The notes: generated by a model from the sequence alone, not told the origin. Shown: positions 15,526 through 29,802, counted from the stretch's first letter. The stretch: 64,000 bases of DNA from Auanema rhodensis (GCA_964057225.1 OZ059894.1:15810001-15874000); one strand, 5' to 3'. Made by a program: numbers and translations.

Positions 15526-15527
<2 letters not shown>

Positions 15528-15564
<37 letters not shown>
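15528..15564. repeat. (AT)n microsatellite
   Basis: Perfect AT dinucleotide run. Confidence 0.9.
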
Positions 15565-15565
<1 letters not shown>

Positions 15566-17777
15566 CAGATAGTAATAAGAGGTTATTAGCATTTTGAACA
15601 TGAGCTTGATAATCTATACATTGAAAAGAAAAGAAAAGTACTTGACATCTCTCTCTTAGCCACACCACCGGCCACCTTTCAACACATAATAGCGACTAAT
15701 TCATCTTCAAGAATCATGAATAGCCATTAAGATTTTAAGCAACAGAATGATGTTTAAGGAATAAAGACTATTATTAATAAAATTATTTAAAATAAATAAT
15801 ATTCGGGTGTGTTTTCTTGTCTCTACATATGCGTTGACAACGTTGTCTTATGACTAAAAAATGAGGAGATCTGTATAGATATGCTAGCACATGGTCAAGC
15901 ATATAATTATACTTTTATTTGTTTTTATTATTTTTAAAAAAAGAAAATGAAAAAATACATGAGTATATATCTATTTATACAGGATAAATGTGATATTTGA
16001 ATTATAAATGGCGAAAAAAAAGAACTGATAGTGATTATAAGACCAAAAGGAACATAATACTCCGACACATTGACGTCAATAGTTGTAACAAAATCATTAA
16101 TGAATTCTCAACTATTTTACTATAAATAAAATAATATATAGCATAAACAGTAGAATAGTTTGAATAGTTAGAATAAATGTAAAATGTTAGATTAGATGAC
16201 ATTCAAAAGAAAATTAATAAAAAAAAGAATACTGAATAAATATTTATTAAATAGATGTATATTAATAAATTTAAATTTCTAAATTAGAACAGATATGTAT
16301 CAAGCAAGTGCATTCAAGACTGTCAAGTGGCAGATTCATGTTTCATGTTAAAAAAACTTATTCAAAAAGCTTTTCGTGAACTGGAAATGAAATATAAGAA
16401 TGAAACATTAGGATTAAGATTTCGTTTGTTTTCAAATAATTCATGTTAATGAATAAAACTGTTGAAAAATGGACAGACAAGGAAGTTCATGATATGAAGT
16501 AGTGAGGTAAAACTGGATTTGACGTCCGTTCAGATCACAAACATGCTCAATTCCACGTCGACGTCGTCTGGGACTGTTTGCTGTACAATCGACGTTGTGG
16601 ATGAAGGCAATACTGACGACGTTAACGACGCAGATGTGAATTGTGCAGCTAAGATTTGAATGTACTGAATGTTTTTTATATCTTCATTCATTATTTATAT
16701 AGATAGCTAGTAAGATATGAATATAAGTAGCTATGAAGTAATAGATAAAGTTGGAAAGTCGATAACAAACTTGATTTCATATAAGTTAGATAAAATGTTT
16801 CAATGCGATATGCAGATTACAATCAGGCTAAATTGTTATGTAAGCTTAGATATTGCAAGCTAAATGTATATTGAGAAGTAATATTATCGTGGAGAGTATT
16901 TTTTAAAAAAATTAGTAAAAATTCCAAAGAACAGCGATTTTAATCTATGATTTTAGCTACAACTTAGCTAATAGCTTCAGCGATGTTCAGCGAGGCAGAA
17001 ACAATATGCTAGCATATTCATGCTAATATCAAGATAATTTAAATTTAATTACATAACTTTACTTAATTTTGATTGAGATATAATGAAATTATACAATAGT
17101 TGAGAGAGGGAGAGAGAGAATGAGTGGAGTGGAGAGAAAGTAAACGTATGTTATCGTCCGAGCAGGTTATAACATATTCTAAAGCCAATTTCAGAATGCT
17201 CACCTGTTCAGCATAGGCTGTGTCTTAAAAATCTCCGTTGTGCTCGTAAGGATTCAATTACTTTTCACAGCTCGCTTACCACATTTGCGTTATTTTATTA
17301 AAAAAAGGAAAGAAAAAGAAATGATTTATAAATAGAATAAGTATAAGTATAATTATAATTTTTCTGATTTATATGAGAAAAAAAAGAAGAAAAATGATAA
17401 AATAATTTTACAAAAACTGTCAAAGGTCGTTTATAACCTAATTTTTAAAAAAATTGATTGCTAAATAAAGCTTTAATACATATGAATTGGTATAGAATAG
17501 ATCTGGATTGGTCAAATATTTACAGAATAATAGTGTAAATGCATCTGGATTTCAAATTGGCAGTAGTATTGACAAAGATTCTTTTTTTTTGTGCGAACGA
17601 GAAGAAAAAGAATGTTCGAAACTTGTATTAGAAAGAAAAAGTTTTTTCTTTTCTATATTATACTGTTAAACTATATATATATATATATATAAATATAATT
17701 ATATCGATATATAGTTAACTATTTCTACTATATTACTTGAATATCTATAACCCTTCTCAATGAACTTTTGGTAATTG

Positions 17778-17791
17778 GTTGCCATGGAAAT
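17778..17791 (-). promoter_or_regulatory. X-box (RFX/DAF-19 site) candidate
   Basis: Minus strand ATTTCCATGGCAAC is a full match to RTHNYYWTRRNRAC. Confidence 0.45.
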
Positions 17792-18731
17792 TTTAAGACA
17801 TTTCATTACATTCATCTATGTACATACATTTATTCTTGTAGTTTATGAAAAACCTATATCAACATTTAATTTGATATGTTATTAATTTTCAAATTTATAT
17901 AAAATATTTACTATAATATTGAAAAAATATAGTTAAATGCTATACTACAATTAAGGAAAAATGTATGTATCACTGCAAGAATAATATTTTTTGAATTGTA
18001 TAAGACAATACAGAAATATGAATTTTTCAGAAAAATAAAAACAATAATCATTTATCATTTTATTCTTTTAAATATAATATTATATGTGGACTTGTATGTG
18101 GAAATATAATTCGTTGAATAGGAATTCCAAGCAAAAGGAATGGTTTAAAGTAAATATTCTATTTTCAATTTACTAAAGAAATAAACGGAACAACTCTAAA
18201 AGAAACTTTGAAAACAGTTAGCAGTGAGTTCGAAAGAAAAAAGCGGTGAAGTAAACATAATCTTTTGAGAAATGACTCATAATGTTTCATCAGGTTTATA
18301 CACTAATACACATAGTTTCTTAGTAAATACAACATAATTATAGTTATAAGTGTATATAGATGTAAATATAATTAAAATTATTAAATATATATAATTAAAA
18401 ACATTTTGAACTTTCATTTATAAATTTTCATTTTAATCTTTGAATTATGGAAAGTAAAGCTTAAGTTAATCGAAGTAGACATGTGGCTTGAATTTCGTTT
18501 TTTGATTTTTATCCATATCTCAGCTCAAAGTTCAAGATAATTTTAAAAAAAATTTAAAAATAGAACAATCTGAAGAAAAGCTTGTAACGAAAAAAGTTTG
18601 TGAGTTTAACAAATGGTCAGTACAGTAAAGTTAATTATTATAATATAAATAATAAATTGTAATATTCTTGATTTATTATTATTATTTTATTATTTTTTGT
18701 TTTTTAAAATTAAATTATATTCAAATATATG

Positions 18732-19123
18732 TTATCATTATTATTATTATTATATTTGATATTGTATTAGTTTGTTTGATTTCTTATCTTTTTCTTACAA
18801 ATTGTGTTAATTTTGAAAAACAGTTGAAGTGTTGAGATCAGCACAGATTTAAATCAAAAACTATGTACAATATAACATACTTCTTATCAGTATTCAGAAT
18901 AAATAACTATATTCTAATATCATCTTATCAGCTTCTGATAACCTGCATTTATTCTCCAGAAAAAGGTAAATGTCGATTAGTTATCATTCTGATTGAACTA
19001 ACGCGAGTTATTTCATCAATCTTCATATATATTCTATCTTATAATTTATTTTTATTTATTTAAATATTTTTGATATTCTATATATTTCATTTTAAATATC
19101 CCAGATTTTTTTTTGTCTTATCA
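18732..19123 (+). promoter_or_regulatory. Cluster of TGATAA (GATA/ELT-2-type) sites upstream of the RPH-like gene
   Basis: TTATCA/TGATAA at 18732, 18884, 18925, 18936, 18981 and 19118: six in about 390 bp, where roughly one is expected at this base composition. Confidence 0.55.
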
Positions 19124-19502
19124 AAGAAATGATTTGTTCAAATATTATCTTTAAAATTTCACAATCGTTTAAATGAATGATACTCTCACTTGAGTTGAAA
19201 CTCCAATGAATAGACGACGTGTTGATGTTGTTTCATCATCGATGTGTATCGATTCCATTCACATCATGATCTTTTCATTTTTTTAATTTCTTTTAATTTT
19301 TGTTTTCTTCAAAATAAATTTAAATACGCTCAAGAATAAGCTTGACTCAATAGCTTTCAAAACCAAAGAGTTCTTGAAGTTTTCTGTTGTTTGCTTTACA
19401 ATTTCCAGTTTGTTCTTACCTTATCTTCTTGAAAATGTTTGCATTTGACTGATTTCATGACATAATTTAACTTATAATTTGATATAAAATATATTTTTTT
19501 AG

Positions 19503-22500
19503 ATGATCAAGCTGAAAGATATTGTTATTTATCCCATTCTAATATTATATTATATTATTTATCATTATTATAAGAAACTCTTTCCTCGTAAAACTTTCAA
19601 TTTGTTCGTGAAAAATCATCGTGATGGATGTAAAGTTCGAGATGATGAGTGGAAATATGAAACGAGCAACGTAGCTGTGAGTTTAATTATTTTTAAATGT
19701 TTTTACATCGTCTAAAACAATATTCATTTTAAATATAAACATACTATTAATAAATAACATATGTTATAGGACAATCTATTGTTTGAAGGATCTAGTCCTG
19801 ATGGAACAGCATTTTACCTCGAAGTAACTTGTAAAGACAAGTATCAGATAGCATCTTTATATTTCATTTATAAAGGACAAACATTCCAGGGACAATTTAG
19901 GTAAATGTAGATTTTGATTCAAATTATTGATACGGCTTTCAATACAAAAAAATTCTTTTTTAAAATAAATAATTAAAGCTAATTAGAATATGTGTATGAC
20001 GCACGTGAATTGCGTGAAATTTAGATATCAATATGATTTTCATTTACAATTTAATAAATTCAGATAAGCGGTTGTAATCAAGATTTTTTCATAATATTTT
20101 AATTTAATAATCTTTTTATTTTTCAGTGGACGATACATTGACAATAAAACAATTAGTTGTGGACCTGTTCATTTAGAATTACGTGAACCATTCAGGCAAT
20201 GGAGAATCAGTTTTAAAGGACATCTCACGTAATTTATTCTTTTTCTTAGAATTATATATTGTATTATTTTTTTAGAAATATTCTTAATAATGATAAGAAG
20301 TTCATATCGTTTGGTGGATGGTGGAAGCCAACATCTGATGCCAGATTTTTCTACACAAATGCTTCCATCAAATCATACTCATCTATTATTATGGCTGATC
20401 CAAGAAAAGTTGCTGATAATCTAAATGAAATTAAAAAGTTAGCATAATATATATTTTATAATTAATAGTTTATATACATATTTAAGAATTCGTGATGCTC
20501 CAATATTCTATCAAGATGGACAATATCATTTTGAATTTACAATTGAAAAGGAAACTGTAGAAATCTGTTTGCGAGGACTTCGTACACGCAATCCAAGCAA
20601 CATATATTCATCATCCGATCAATTTTACGTTTATTTAGAGGTATGTCACAAGCTTCAAACTTTCATATACTAGTAGAAATGAGAAAAAAATGTCAGAAAT
20701 ATCTATTTTTAAAGGATTAAATATACATAAGAATAATGCTAGGATTAGTATAGATAATATAGTAACAGAAATAGAAATAGAAACTTTATATAGCTGGCTC
20801 TATATAAACTAATCTAGTAAAATTAATAATATTACTGTATAATTAAAACAATATATATTTGTTATATTATAAAAGACTAGGAGAAGGTGAAATGATTCTT
20901 TATAACGTTATAAAAATTTCAAATGAGACCGCTGTTGGTCGTGGTTAAGAGAGAAGAAGTAGAGGCGTATTGTATTTTAAAAAAAAGTTTTATAAATAAT
21001 TTATAACAGTTTTATGATTTTCACTTTTAATAATATAATTTAAATAAATTTATAGGATGGTAATCGTATCCAGTATGCAACATGTTCTTTTGATAATCAA
21101 AAGAAAATAACTCATGGATATATAACCCGAGCAGATCGTTTGGTTAAATGCATTAAGCTTTTGGATCCTGAAGCACTTGATATAACAAATCATCGGTTAT
21201 TGGAATTTTCAGTTGAAAGATGTAAGCTTCAATTATTAAAAATTATATTTTTCATTGTATATTTATATAATCAACTTTAGTTCCAAACTTTGGTATTCGT
21301 AAAGATGAAGTAATATCTCAATATGAATATTTAAATGGAAATAATCAAATTGTAACTGTAAAGAGATTGAAAGTAAGCTTTTATCATTAATTTTTCATCC
21401 AAAAAATGTATAATTATAGGTTGTAAGTGGGCTTAGCAAAGGAATTGCTCTTATTCGTACTGTTCGTGAATCATTAGCAGAAGATCCTGTACCTGAATTC
21501 CAATTCTTTGAAGGTTTGAAAAGAAATAATATGTAATACATATTTATAAAAATTATAATTCAGATTATCATGCATCAACACAAGAAAAGTCAAGACGTTG
21601 TCTTCCATTTAAACATCGAGCTTGTCAAGACAAGCTGTTAGCAGGAGGAAAAGGAGCTAACCTTGCTCGTTTAACTACAATTGAAGAGAAAGTACAACAT
21701 TGGAATATAAAATATAAAATAAATTATTTATTTTTAGTTTAAAGTTCCATCCGGAATAGTTCTAACAACTACTGCTTTCAATGAGCATATCAATAATCAT
21801 ATAGAAATTAAGAAACTTGTTGATTCTCTATCAAATTCAAAACAAACACTTGAAGAACAAATTCAAATAGGTGAAAGGTTTGAATTTAATTTTTTTTTTG
21901 AATCAATTCAATGAAATTTGAAGAATTCAAGAATCGTTAAAACATTCATTTGTTTCTCCCTCACTCTTAGATGATATTGCTGATTCTGGATTGGATCTAG
22001 ACGAAAATATTCTGTATGCTGTAAGGTATGAAAGCATTTTTCATTTAGTTAAATAAAACAAAAACATTTTCTTAGATCATCAGCAGTTGGTGAAGATGGT
22101 GCTGACCTCTCAAGTGCTGGTCAATTAGAAAGTTGCTTAAATATTCCAGTCAGCGAGGTTTTATATAATATAGTTAAGCATTTAATAATCAAAATATATT
22201 AGCTTTCCCGTAAAATTGTTGAATGCTGGTGTTCTAATTACAGACGAGAGGTTATATCTTATAGAAGGTTAGACTCCTATTACTCTTTCAAATGCTAAGA
22301 CAAATTTTTTTTAGAAATTATGGTCAAATAGTAAATCCATCAATGGCAGTAGTTATTCAAGAAATGAAAGTTGGTGGAATAGCCGGTATTTTATAATTTA
22401 TAATATATAATATTAAAAAAATAATTAAAGGTGTTATGTTTACATGTGATCCAGTAACAAATAATGATTCATTTATGGTATTAAATGCCATTAAAGGTAT

Positions 22501-23101
22501 GGGAGAAGATATAGTTAGTGGATCTGTTACACCAGATGAAATTTCAATTAATAAAAATGACTGGAGTTTTAAAAAAGTAAATCCTTTTCTTCTAATTTTA
22601 ATTAATTGTTTTGAAAACTGATGAGTTTTTAGCCAAATCCATGTTGTCTCAATAATGAATCACTTGATAAACTTGGTAAAGTAGGCTTATTCTTAGAAAA
22701 AACTTTTGGAAAAGCTCAGGTAATAAAATTAATTATAAAATCAACTTAAGAGTTCAATGAAAATTATTATTAAGGATATCGAATTTGTTGTGAAAGATAA
22801 TAAGATTTACCTTGTACAAACTCGTGATGTTACAGGTTTGTCATAAATATAATAAATTAAATATATGAAGTTATATATCAGGAAGAGATGCTGAAACAAA
22901 GTTTGAACTTGAAACAGAGTTTGATTCAGGAATTTTGAGTGATTTAGAAGTTATAACAACAGCAAATCTTGGGTGAGTATTTCATATTAACTTTAACATA
23001 TTGAATATCATTTTTTAAGAGAAGTTGTTCCATTTTCTCTTACACCTTTTGAATGTACAACATTTGGTGTAATTTTTGATAAAAATTTGACTGTAAGTTA
23101 T

Positions 23102-23160
<59 letters not shown>

Positions 23161-25594
23161 TTTTTATATTAATAATAAATTTAGATGATGGGATATGAAC
23201 CAGTTTCAACTTATATGTCAAGGCAAAGCAGTGCAGCTATTACTATTGCTGGTGGTAGGCTGCTTCTTAATGTTGGAGAGGTTAGAATACAGAATAGAAT
23301 AACAAACTTTGACCAAAATTATTAATATTTCAGCTTTTCCTCCGAGTTTGGCACTCATTCGAGAAAGATCGCTTAGGTGAACTATCAATTGCTGGAACTG
23401 AATTATTCTCCAAAGAATCCTTCCTAATGGTATTTGATTGTTTTCATCAAATTGTCTGAATCAAATGTTATATTTAGGCAAAACAGCGTTATGCTCCTCT
23501 TCCATCTTATTTTGATATGAAACGTCTAAGTGAAATGGTTTATGTAAGATTTAATTTTATGAATTTTACATAAATTAATCTAATTTCAGTGTTTGTTCAT
23601 GAGATCAAAATCAGAATTGAAAGCAATTCATAAATCTAATGATGAAATGATAGCTTCGGTTGTGAATAAACCTGCTTCAGCATATACATTCGAAGAACTT
23701 TTTGAGTTATGGGATAAACAGCTGTTACTCCAAAATAAGGTTAAGTTTTCTGTTTTTATTTTGTCTCATTCAAAGAAAAATTCAGATGTTTGAAAATCAT
23801 GCAAATATTTCAAGCTATTCGTCATTCACATATGTCATTGTTGGAATGTTAATTAGAGGTTCTGAACGTAAGTTACATGAGAATTTAAACTTGTAAAACT
23901 TTGTTTATCAGATGGAGAAATGTCTCCAGAGATGATGTCTGATTTTGCTGAGCTTTTCTCCAACTGTAGTAATGTTATCAGTGCTGATATTCCTGTTTCA
24001 TTCAAGGTTTTAACTAGTTTCATCTATTTCAATACAATATTTCTTGAAATATCAGAAAATAGCAAAAGCTATTCATGAAGATGGTCTCGAAGAAGAATTC
24101 TTGAATTTATCTGCCAATGAAGCTATTGAATTCATCCAAACTAAAGGAAAAGAATCTAAAATACAATTAAACAAGTTTGTTAAAGTTCATGGACATAGGT
24201 TTGCATTAGTATACTTTCAAACCAATGAATTATATGAATATCAGAGGTAATCGTGAACTTTATATTCGAGGTGTTAGTTGGGGTGAAGATCCATCATTAA
24301 TTATTCCAAACATACATGTAAGTACTGATTTTCATTTATTTTCTTTAATATGTATTGTATATTGGATATATATATATACATATATATATTGATTTATAGA
24401 CAATTTTAAAATCCAAACAATTAGAAGAAGAAACGAAAATAGTTAAAACCACCGAAGAAATTATTGATAATCTAACATGTAAACCAACTGGTATTCGAAA
24501 GTATGTTTTTCATTTTATTCTTCTTTATGTATTTTATTTTTCTTATCTTTATTGAAAACATTCTTAGAACATTTATGAAATACATGGCCAAGAAGACACA
24601 TGAAGGAGTTATCAACCGGGAAGCTTCTAAGACTTGCTTAGTTCGTGGAACATACAATATGAGAAAAACGCCAACATTAATCCGAAAAAAGCTTGTTGAA
24701 GAAGTAATATCATTTAAAGCTTATAGTTGAAGAATCATAAACAAAATAATCTTTTTATTCAGGGATATGTTCCAAATGAAGAATTGTGCTATTTCCTTAC
24801 AATTGACGAAATTTTAGATGTCATTCAAACAAGAAATGCAAAACTTATCGCAAGGTAGGTAACATCTACAGACGTCATACATAAGAAATTAATTTTTATT
24901 TGTATTTTTGTTTACAATTTAGTAATTTTTCGCAATTGTAGAGCACAACGACGTCAAAAAGTTTTCGCTGGACTTGAAGCTCGTCAGTATAATCACATCA
25001 TGTACGGTAGACCAGTTGCTGTATGTTTTCTTATCATGTTTTGTTATGCATAACTATATTGTTTGTTTTTTCAGATCTCTGAGAATACTCACAAACAATT
25101 CCAATCAGTGAACTCTCTGAAAGGTACTGTAGTATGTCGCGGAAAAGTAATTGCTCGGGCACGAGTTGCTAAGAACCTTGCTGAAGCTCAAGATACTCAG
25201 GTACGCTTCAAACTGAGCATTCATGCATATGTTTCTTAAAACTTATTTTTAAGCCTGGTGAAGTTCTTATAACATGCAGTACTGATATTTGTTGGTCACC
25301 ATTCTTCCCAATTATTAATGGTATTATAACTGAAATTGGTGGTTTATTGAGTCATGGTATAACTAATATAATTATAAAAAAATAAAATTTAAATGATATT
25401 TAGGTGCTGTTGTTGCTAGAGAATATGGTATTCCAAGTTTGATTGCTGTAGAACATGCTACGGATGTTTTCAAAACAGGTAATTGAATGAAACTTCAATG
25501 AGTGGTTCACACATGTTATAACATCATTTCAGGAGATTTAGTTGAATTGAATACAGATCTTGGAACAATTTCTAAGATAGTAGAAAACGATTAA
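19503..25594 (+). CDS. Rifampicin-phosphotransferase/PEP-synthase-like enzyme: N-terminal hydrophobic segment, PPDK ATP-grasp domain, RPH-type middle domain, C-terminal swivel phospho-His domain; about 30 exons
   Basis: The spliced product contains LAGGKGANLARL, KVPSGIVLTT, YAVRSSAVGEDGADLSSAGQLES, MAVVIQEM, GVMFTCDPVT, GMGEDIVSGSVTPD, QDIEFVV..LVQTRDVT, ANLGEVVPFSLTP, HGHRGNREL..SWGEDP and [38 protein letters not shown]. The His codon is at 25353-25355 and the stop TAA at 25592-25594. Confidence 0.93.
23113..23151. repeat. (AT)n microsatellite in an intron
   Basis: AT run followed by a poly-T tract. Confidence 0.9.
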
Positions 25595-28500
25595 AAACAA
25601 TTTATAGCAAAATGTTATATTTTCTAGTTATTTTGATGAAAATAAAATATGAATAAGAAAGATTATAATATATAATCTCAAGAAGATCTGAGATAAATAA
25701 ATATTTTTTATTTTTTTACAACGTATTAATTAATTATAAATTATAAAATATTATATATTATCCTGTAAATCTGATAGATGATGTCTTGATCACGTTGGTT
25801 TGATAAAACCAATTCAAATAACGAATCTTCTCGTCATACGTTCAAGAATCAGAATACATGAAGCTATGATTGACAAATGTCTGAAATAATTCCAAATGTT
25901 TTGATTTAATCCCTTAAACGAAAGGAAAAATTGAAAGAAAAATGAATTAAACAGCTTATCACTTGCTCTTAGATCGTCATTTAGCATCATACTATATGAC
26001 AAATAAAATAGTTTTTCATAGTTTTTTTTAAGTTTTGAATCGAATATGAAATATGAAAGATTGGAATTTAGCATTGTTCTTTTATTTTTAAAAAGAAAAT
26101 TAAATATTTTCTATTTTAAAACTGCAAATTTATTACATGAAAGACATGTGAATAATATGTATATGATTTGAGTACAAAAATATGTTGATAAGAGTAACAC
26201 ATATGCCGTCATTCCTGAAATGATTTAAAGAAAAAGGAAAGAAAGAAGAAATATAAATAGAGAAATAAATTATTTTATATTCATTTCCTTATTTATTTTC
26301 TTTATTTATAGAAAATAAGCAAAGTATTTATTATTTGAGCTACTTTATTAGTTTTTATTTGAATCAAAGTTTTTAAAAATGATAACAAATCTTTAACTGA
26401 ATATTGGTATCTTTAAAAATAAATTCTTTTATTTTCTTTTTATTTCATATAATTAAATAAAAAATTTAAAAAAAATTAAAATTAGTTAAATACATATAGT
26501 TAATGGGAAATAGTATATTTTCATCAAATTATATAAATTTCGTCCAATATGCAACTTCAAATAAAATTCAACACATCCATCATTTCTCAGTTATTTTCAT
26601 GAGTCTAGTATCTGTATCCTATTTTGTTTGTTTTTTTTTCGAATTTCTTTTATAAATTCTAAAAAATCAATTGTATATATGACTGTATTGCTCTTTTTAT
26701 AGTTCTTGCTTTTTCGCTAGACCTTGTACTTAAGTGTACGATGAAGAGGTTATAACAGATGATACAGTATAACAACTGAATACGGCTTGTCACCGAAATT
26801 ACCCTATTAGCTCTCTTTGAAGGTTTTTCGTTATCAGAGAAAATTTATGTCTGAAATCAATCCTGATTATCTTATCAGAGAAAATGTTGCCGTAGGCCAT
26901 CATCATCCCAAAACATATCTGTTAGTCATACACCTACACTTCCTAAAGTACTATCGGTGCAAAGTTCCAAAAGAAAAATAAAGAAAATAAAGTAAAAATT
27001 GAAAAATTAAATAAGAAAATAAATAAAATATATACTTCGACCTGTCCAGAACATCAGTTACAAACTAAAATCTTGTTCAAAAGTTGTCTACCTCAACCTC
27101 TAACTATATACTCGTTTAATATCTGATATTCTATCAAATACATCTAAATTCTAAAATATTTCTTTTAAATAATCAAAGATTTATGTTATTATCTTCAAAT
27201 TATTCGAATGAATATCATTATGGCAATACGCAAGTCAGCAAAAGATGATTATTAGCTAATGAAGTGCGAGTTTCTCATGTTTCTGCTGAGCTTTCTATCA
27301 GATTCTTATCTTTTCTCTCTTTGCAAAACTGACCAAAATCCATAGTTTTGTCAACATTTTCTAAATTAGCTTTATATTTGCCTTTATTGATAGGTAATCA
27401 TTAAAAAAATATTTGAAGAAAATGTTTTTAGTTATCAGTACTTTTAAAACCTTCACAGACTCAACGGACACTGGAAATTCCAGTTTTTTTTCTTTTAACT
27501 TTTTATTATTTCATTGAATGTAATAGAAAAAGGAACAGAAAAAGGCATTTTTTCCTCTATTAAGCCTGTTCTGTCCTGGAGATTTTTTGTTTTATATGTT
27601 TGAATTTCAGCCAAAAAAAAAAAGTATTGTTATCTATATATTGTATATATATTTCATTTTTTTATTGATTCACAATGAACAAATCATCTATAGTCAAGAT
27701 TGTTTCCTCTTAGAATACCTGTATAGTAAAGCTTTCTGCTTTTTTTATATTTTTTGATTGTAAAATATATAATGTCCGAAATTTTGTATTTCGAAAAAGC
27801 AATCATTCATCATTCCTAATCTGTATAGAAACTCATTGTCTTTTTCTTTTCGCGGTCACTTGAACCTTTTTTTTAGTTTTACAAGATTAATCTAGTTATC
27901 AATCACTCTATACACTTTAAAATATAAAATAGTACTATATGTATACAGATATTGTTCTCATCGTTTTCCTGATAATCAGAGTAATCAGGCAGTGAGTCAA
28001 GATTTTGGTACTGGTTCTTGCCCTTCCACATCTTTTATTCGTTCTATCTCGTTCTATCTTTTTATCTTTATTTCTCTTCATTCTTCTTTTATTTTTTATA
28101 TCTTTCTATTTCTTCTTTTTTTTTTCGTTTCAACATTAGCAGTAGCAATATAAAATATTCAAAGAAATTTATTTTATTGTTAGTATTGTCATTGTATATT
28201 CCATGATTATGGACATTTTAATGATGTTCTAAGCGTATGTTTGATGATAAGAAACGTTCCAAAAGCTCATAAATGACTGAACCTTTTCATCCACTATTTC
28301 AGATGTCAATGACCCTAAGCTACTGAACACTTTATATAGGATGTATAGTACAATTTCATTTTGTTTCTCCTATTTTTCAATTTAATTTGCAGAGCATCAT
28401 ATTCAAATTTTCAAAAAAAAATCCCATTGTAATCATATTAATCTTCTAATTAATGATAAAAGTTTCTATTGTTCTTTAAGCGTTCTTTATATTTTATTCT

Positions 28501-29802
28501 TTCTTTCCTTCTTAACAATCCCATTATTTGACCAGAACATACAAAATTTTGCAAAAGAAATCAACAGAAATTCAAATTGCTCAAACATACATAATGAACT
28601 TTTAATCTCAAATGTTCTCTTTTTATATTGAATTCGGCAGATTTAGAATCACTATGTACTTCTGAACATTTATATTCTAAAGTATATAAATTGATAAAAT
28701 AAATTGTAAATTCGTTCAAGATAATAATTAATTTTGTTTTCAAAACTATTTATTTTTCTTTTTTCTTTTAAAGAATTTCAATTGACAATTTTTGTAATTC
28801 ATCTAAACTAATACTAGATTTAGTTTTATATTCTCTTTTTTTTCTTTTTCAAACTATGCCCTTTCAAAATGTATTTTTGGATGATATTCTCTTCTAATAA
28901 ATTGGAAAACTTATCAATCTTAATGAGTTGCAACTCCAGAAAAAAAAAACGTTTAGAACTGATGAATCAAACGTTTATCAAAATGGACAATCATCCAGTT
29001 TTGTCCTTAAATAGTACGCAAATTTAAAATATTGTTTCACAGTTAGTCATCATAAATATAATTTTGACCATAAGGTTTAAATCAAAAATATATAATATAT
29101 TCCACCTACAGTACATCTGTATTAGTTTAATATAAACAGAGTTATAGTTTTTAAACTATGTATATATAATTTATATGAAAGAGTCATCATATATTTTATT
29201 TTTTTAAACTTATTTAACAATTTAAATCTCGTACTTAACACCATGAACTGGTTTCTTTTTTTTTTGAAATTCTCTTGTCAAAGCCTATATAAACGGACAT
29301 TTTATGATAACATATCACATTACCTACATGATAGAATAACTCCCAAAATTCAATCTTTCAAGTTTTTGTTCCAACATTTTTCCAATTTCTCTCTTAGTGT
29401 AGCCGTATTATTTCATTTTTTGTTCCAAAAAAAAAGAAAAAATCCAATTTCTGTTATCATATCGGCGACTGATCAGTATTGGACCACCCAAAAAGAAATA
29501 AAACACACTTCTAAGTCTCGTCATACTTCGATTAATTTTTCCGTTAGATTCTGAATTAATATTTGAAATTTTGATATAAACATTTATTTTTTTTTAATTT
29601 CTATTTAAATTTTTAAATTTTTTTAAAAATATGAATATAGTTAATTTGCTTAAAACTTTAGAATAAAGTTATATTTCTTTAAATTTTGAAATATTTTAAT
29701 CTTTATTATCAATATTATATATTATTATATTATGTTTTAAAGAACTTTAATAAATCGTAAAGATAAAAATAATACTTTCTTTTACTTTGCAGCTTTCTCA
29801 TC

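Noticed and set aside
28242-28283. TGATGA...CTGA pair resembling C/D boxes
   Set aside because: Too short, weak terminal stem and no recognisable rRNA guide.
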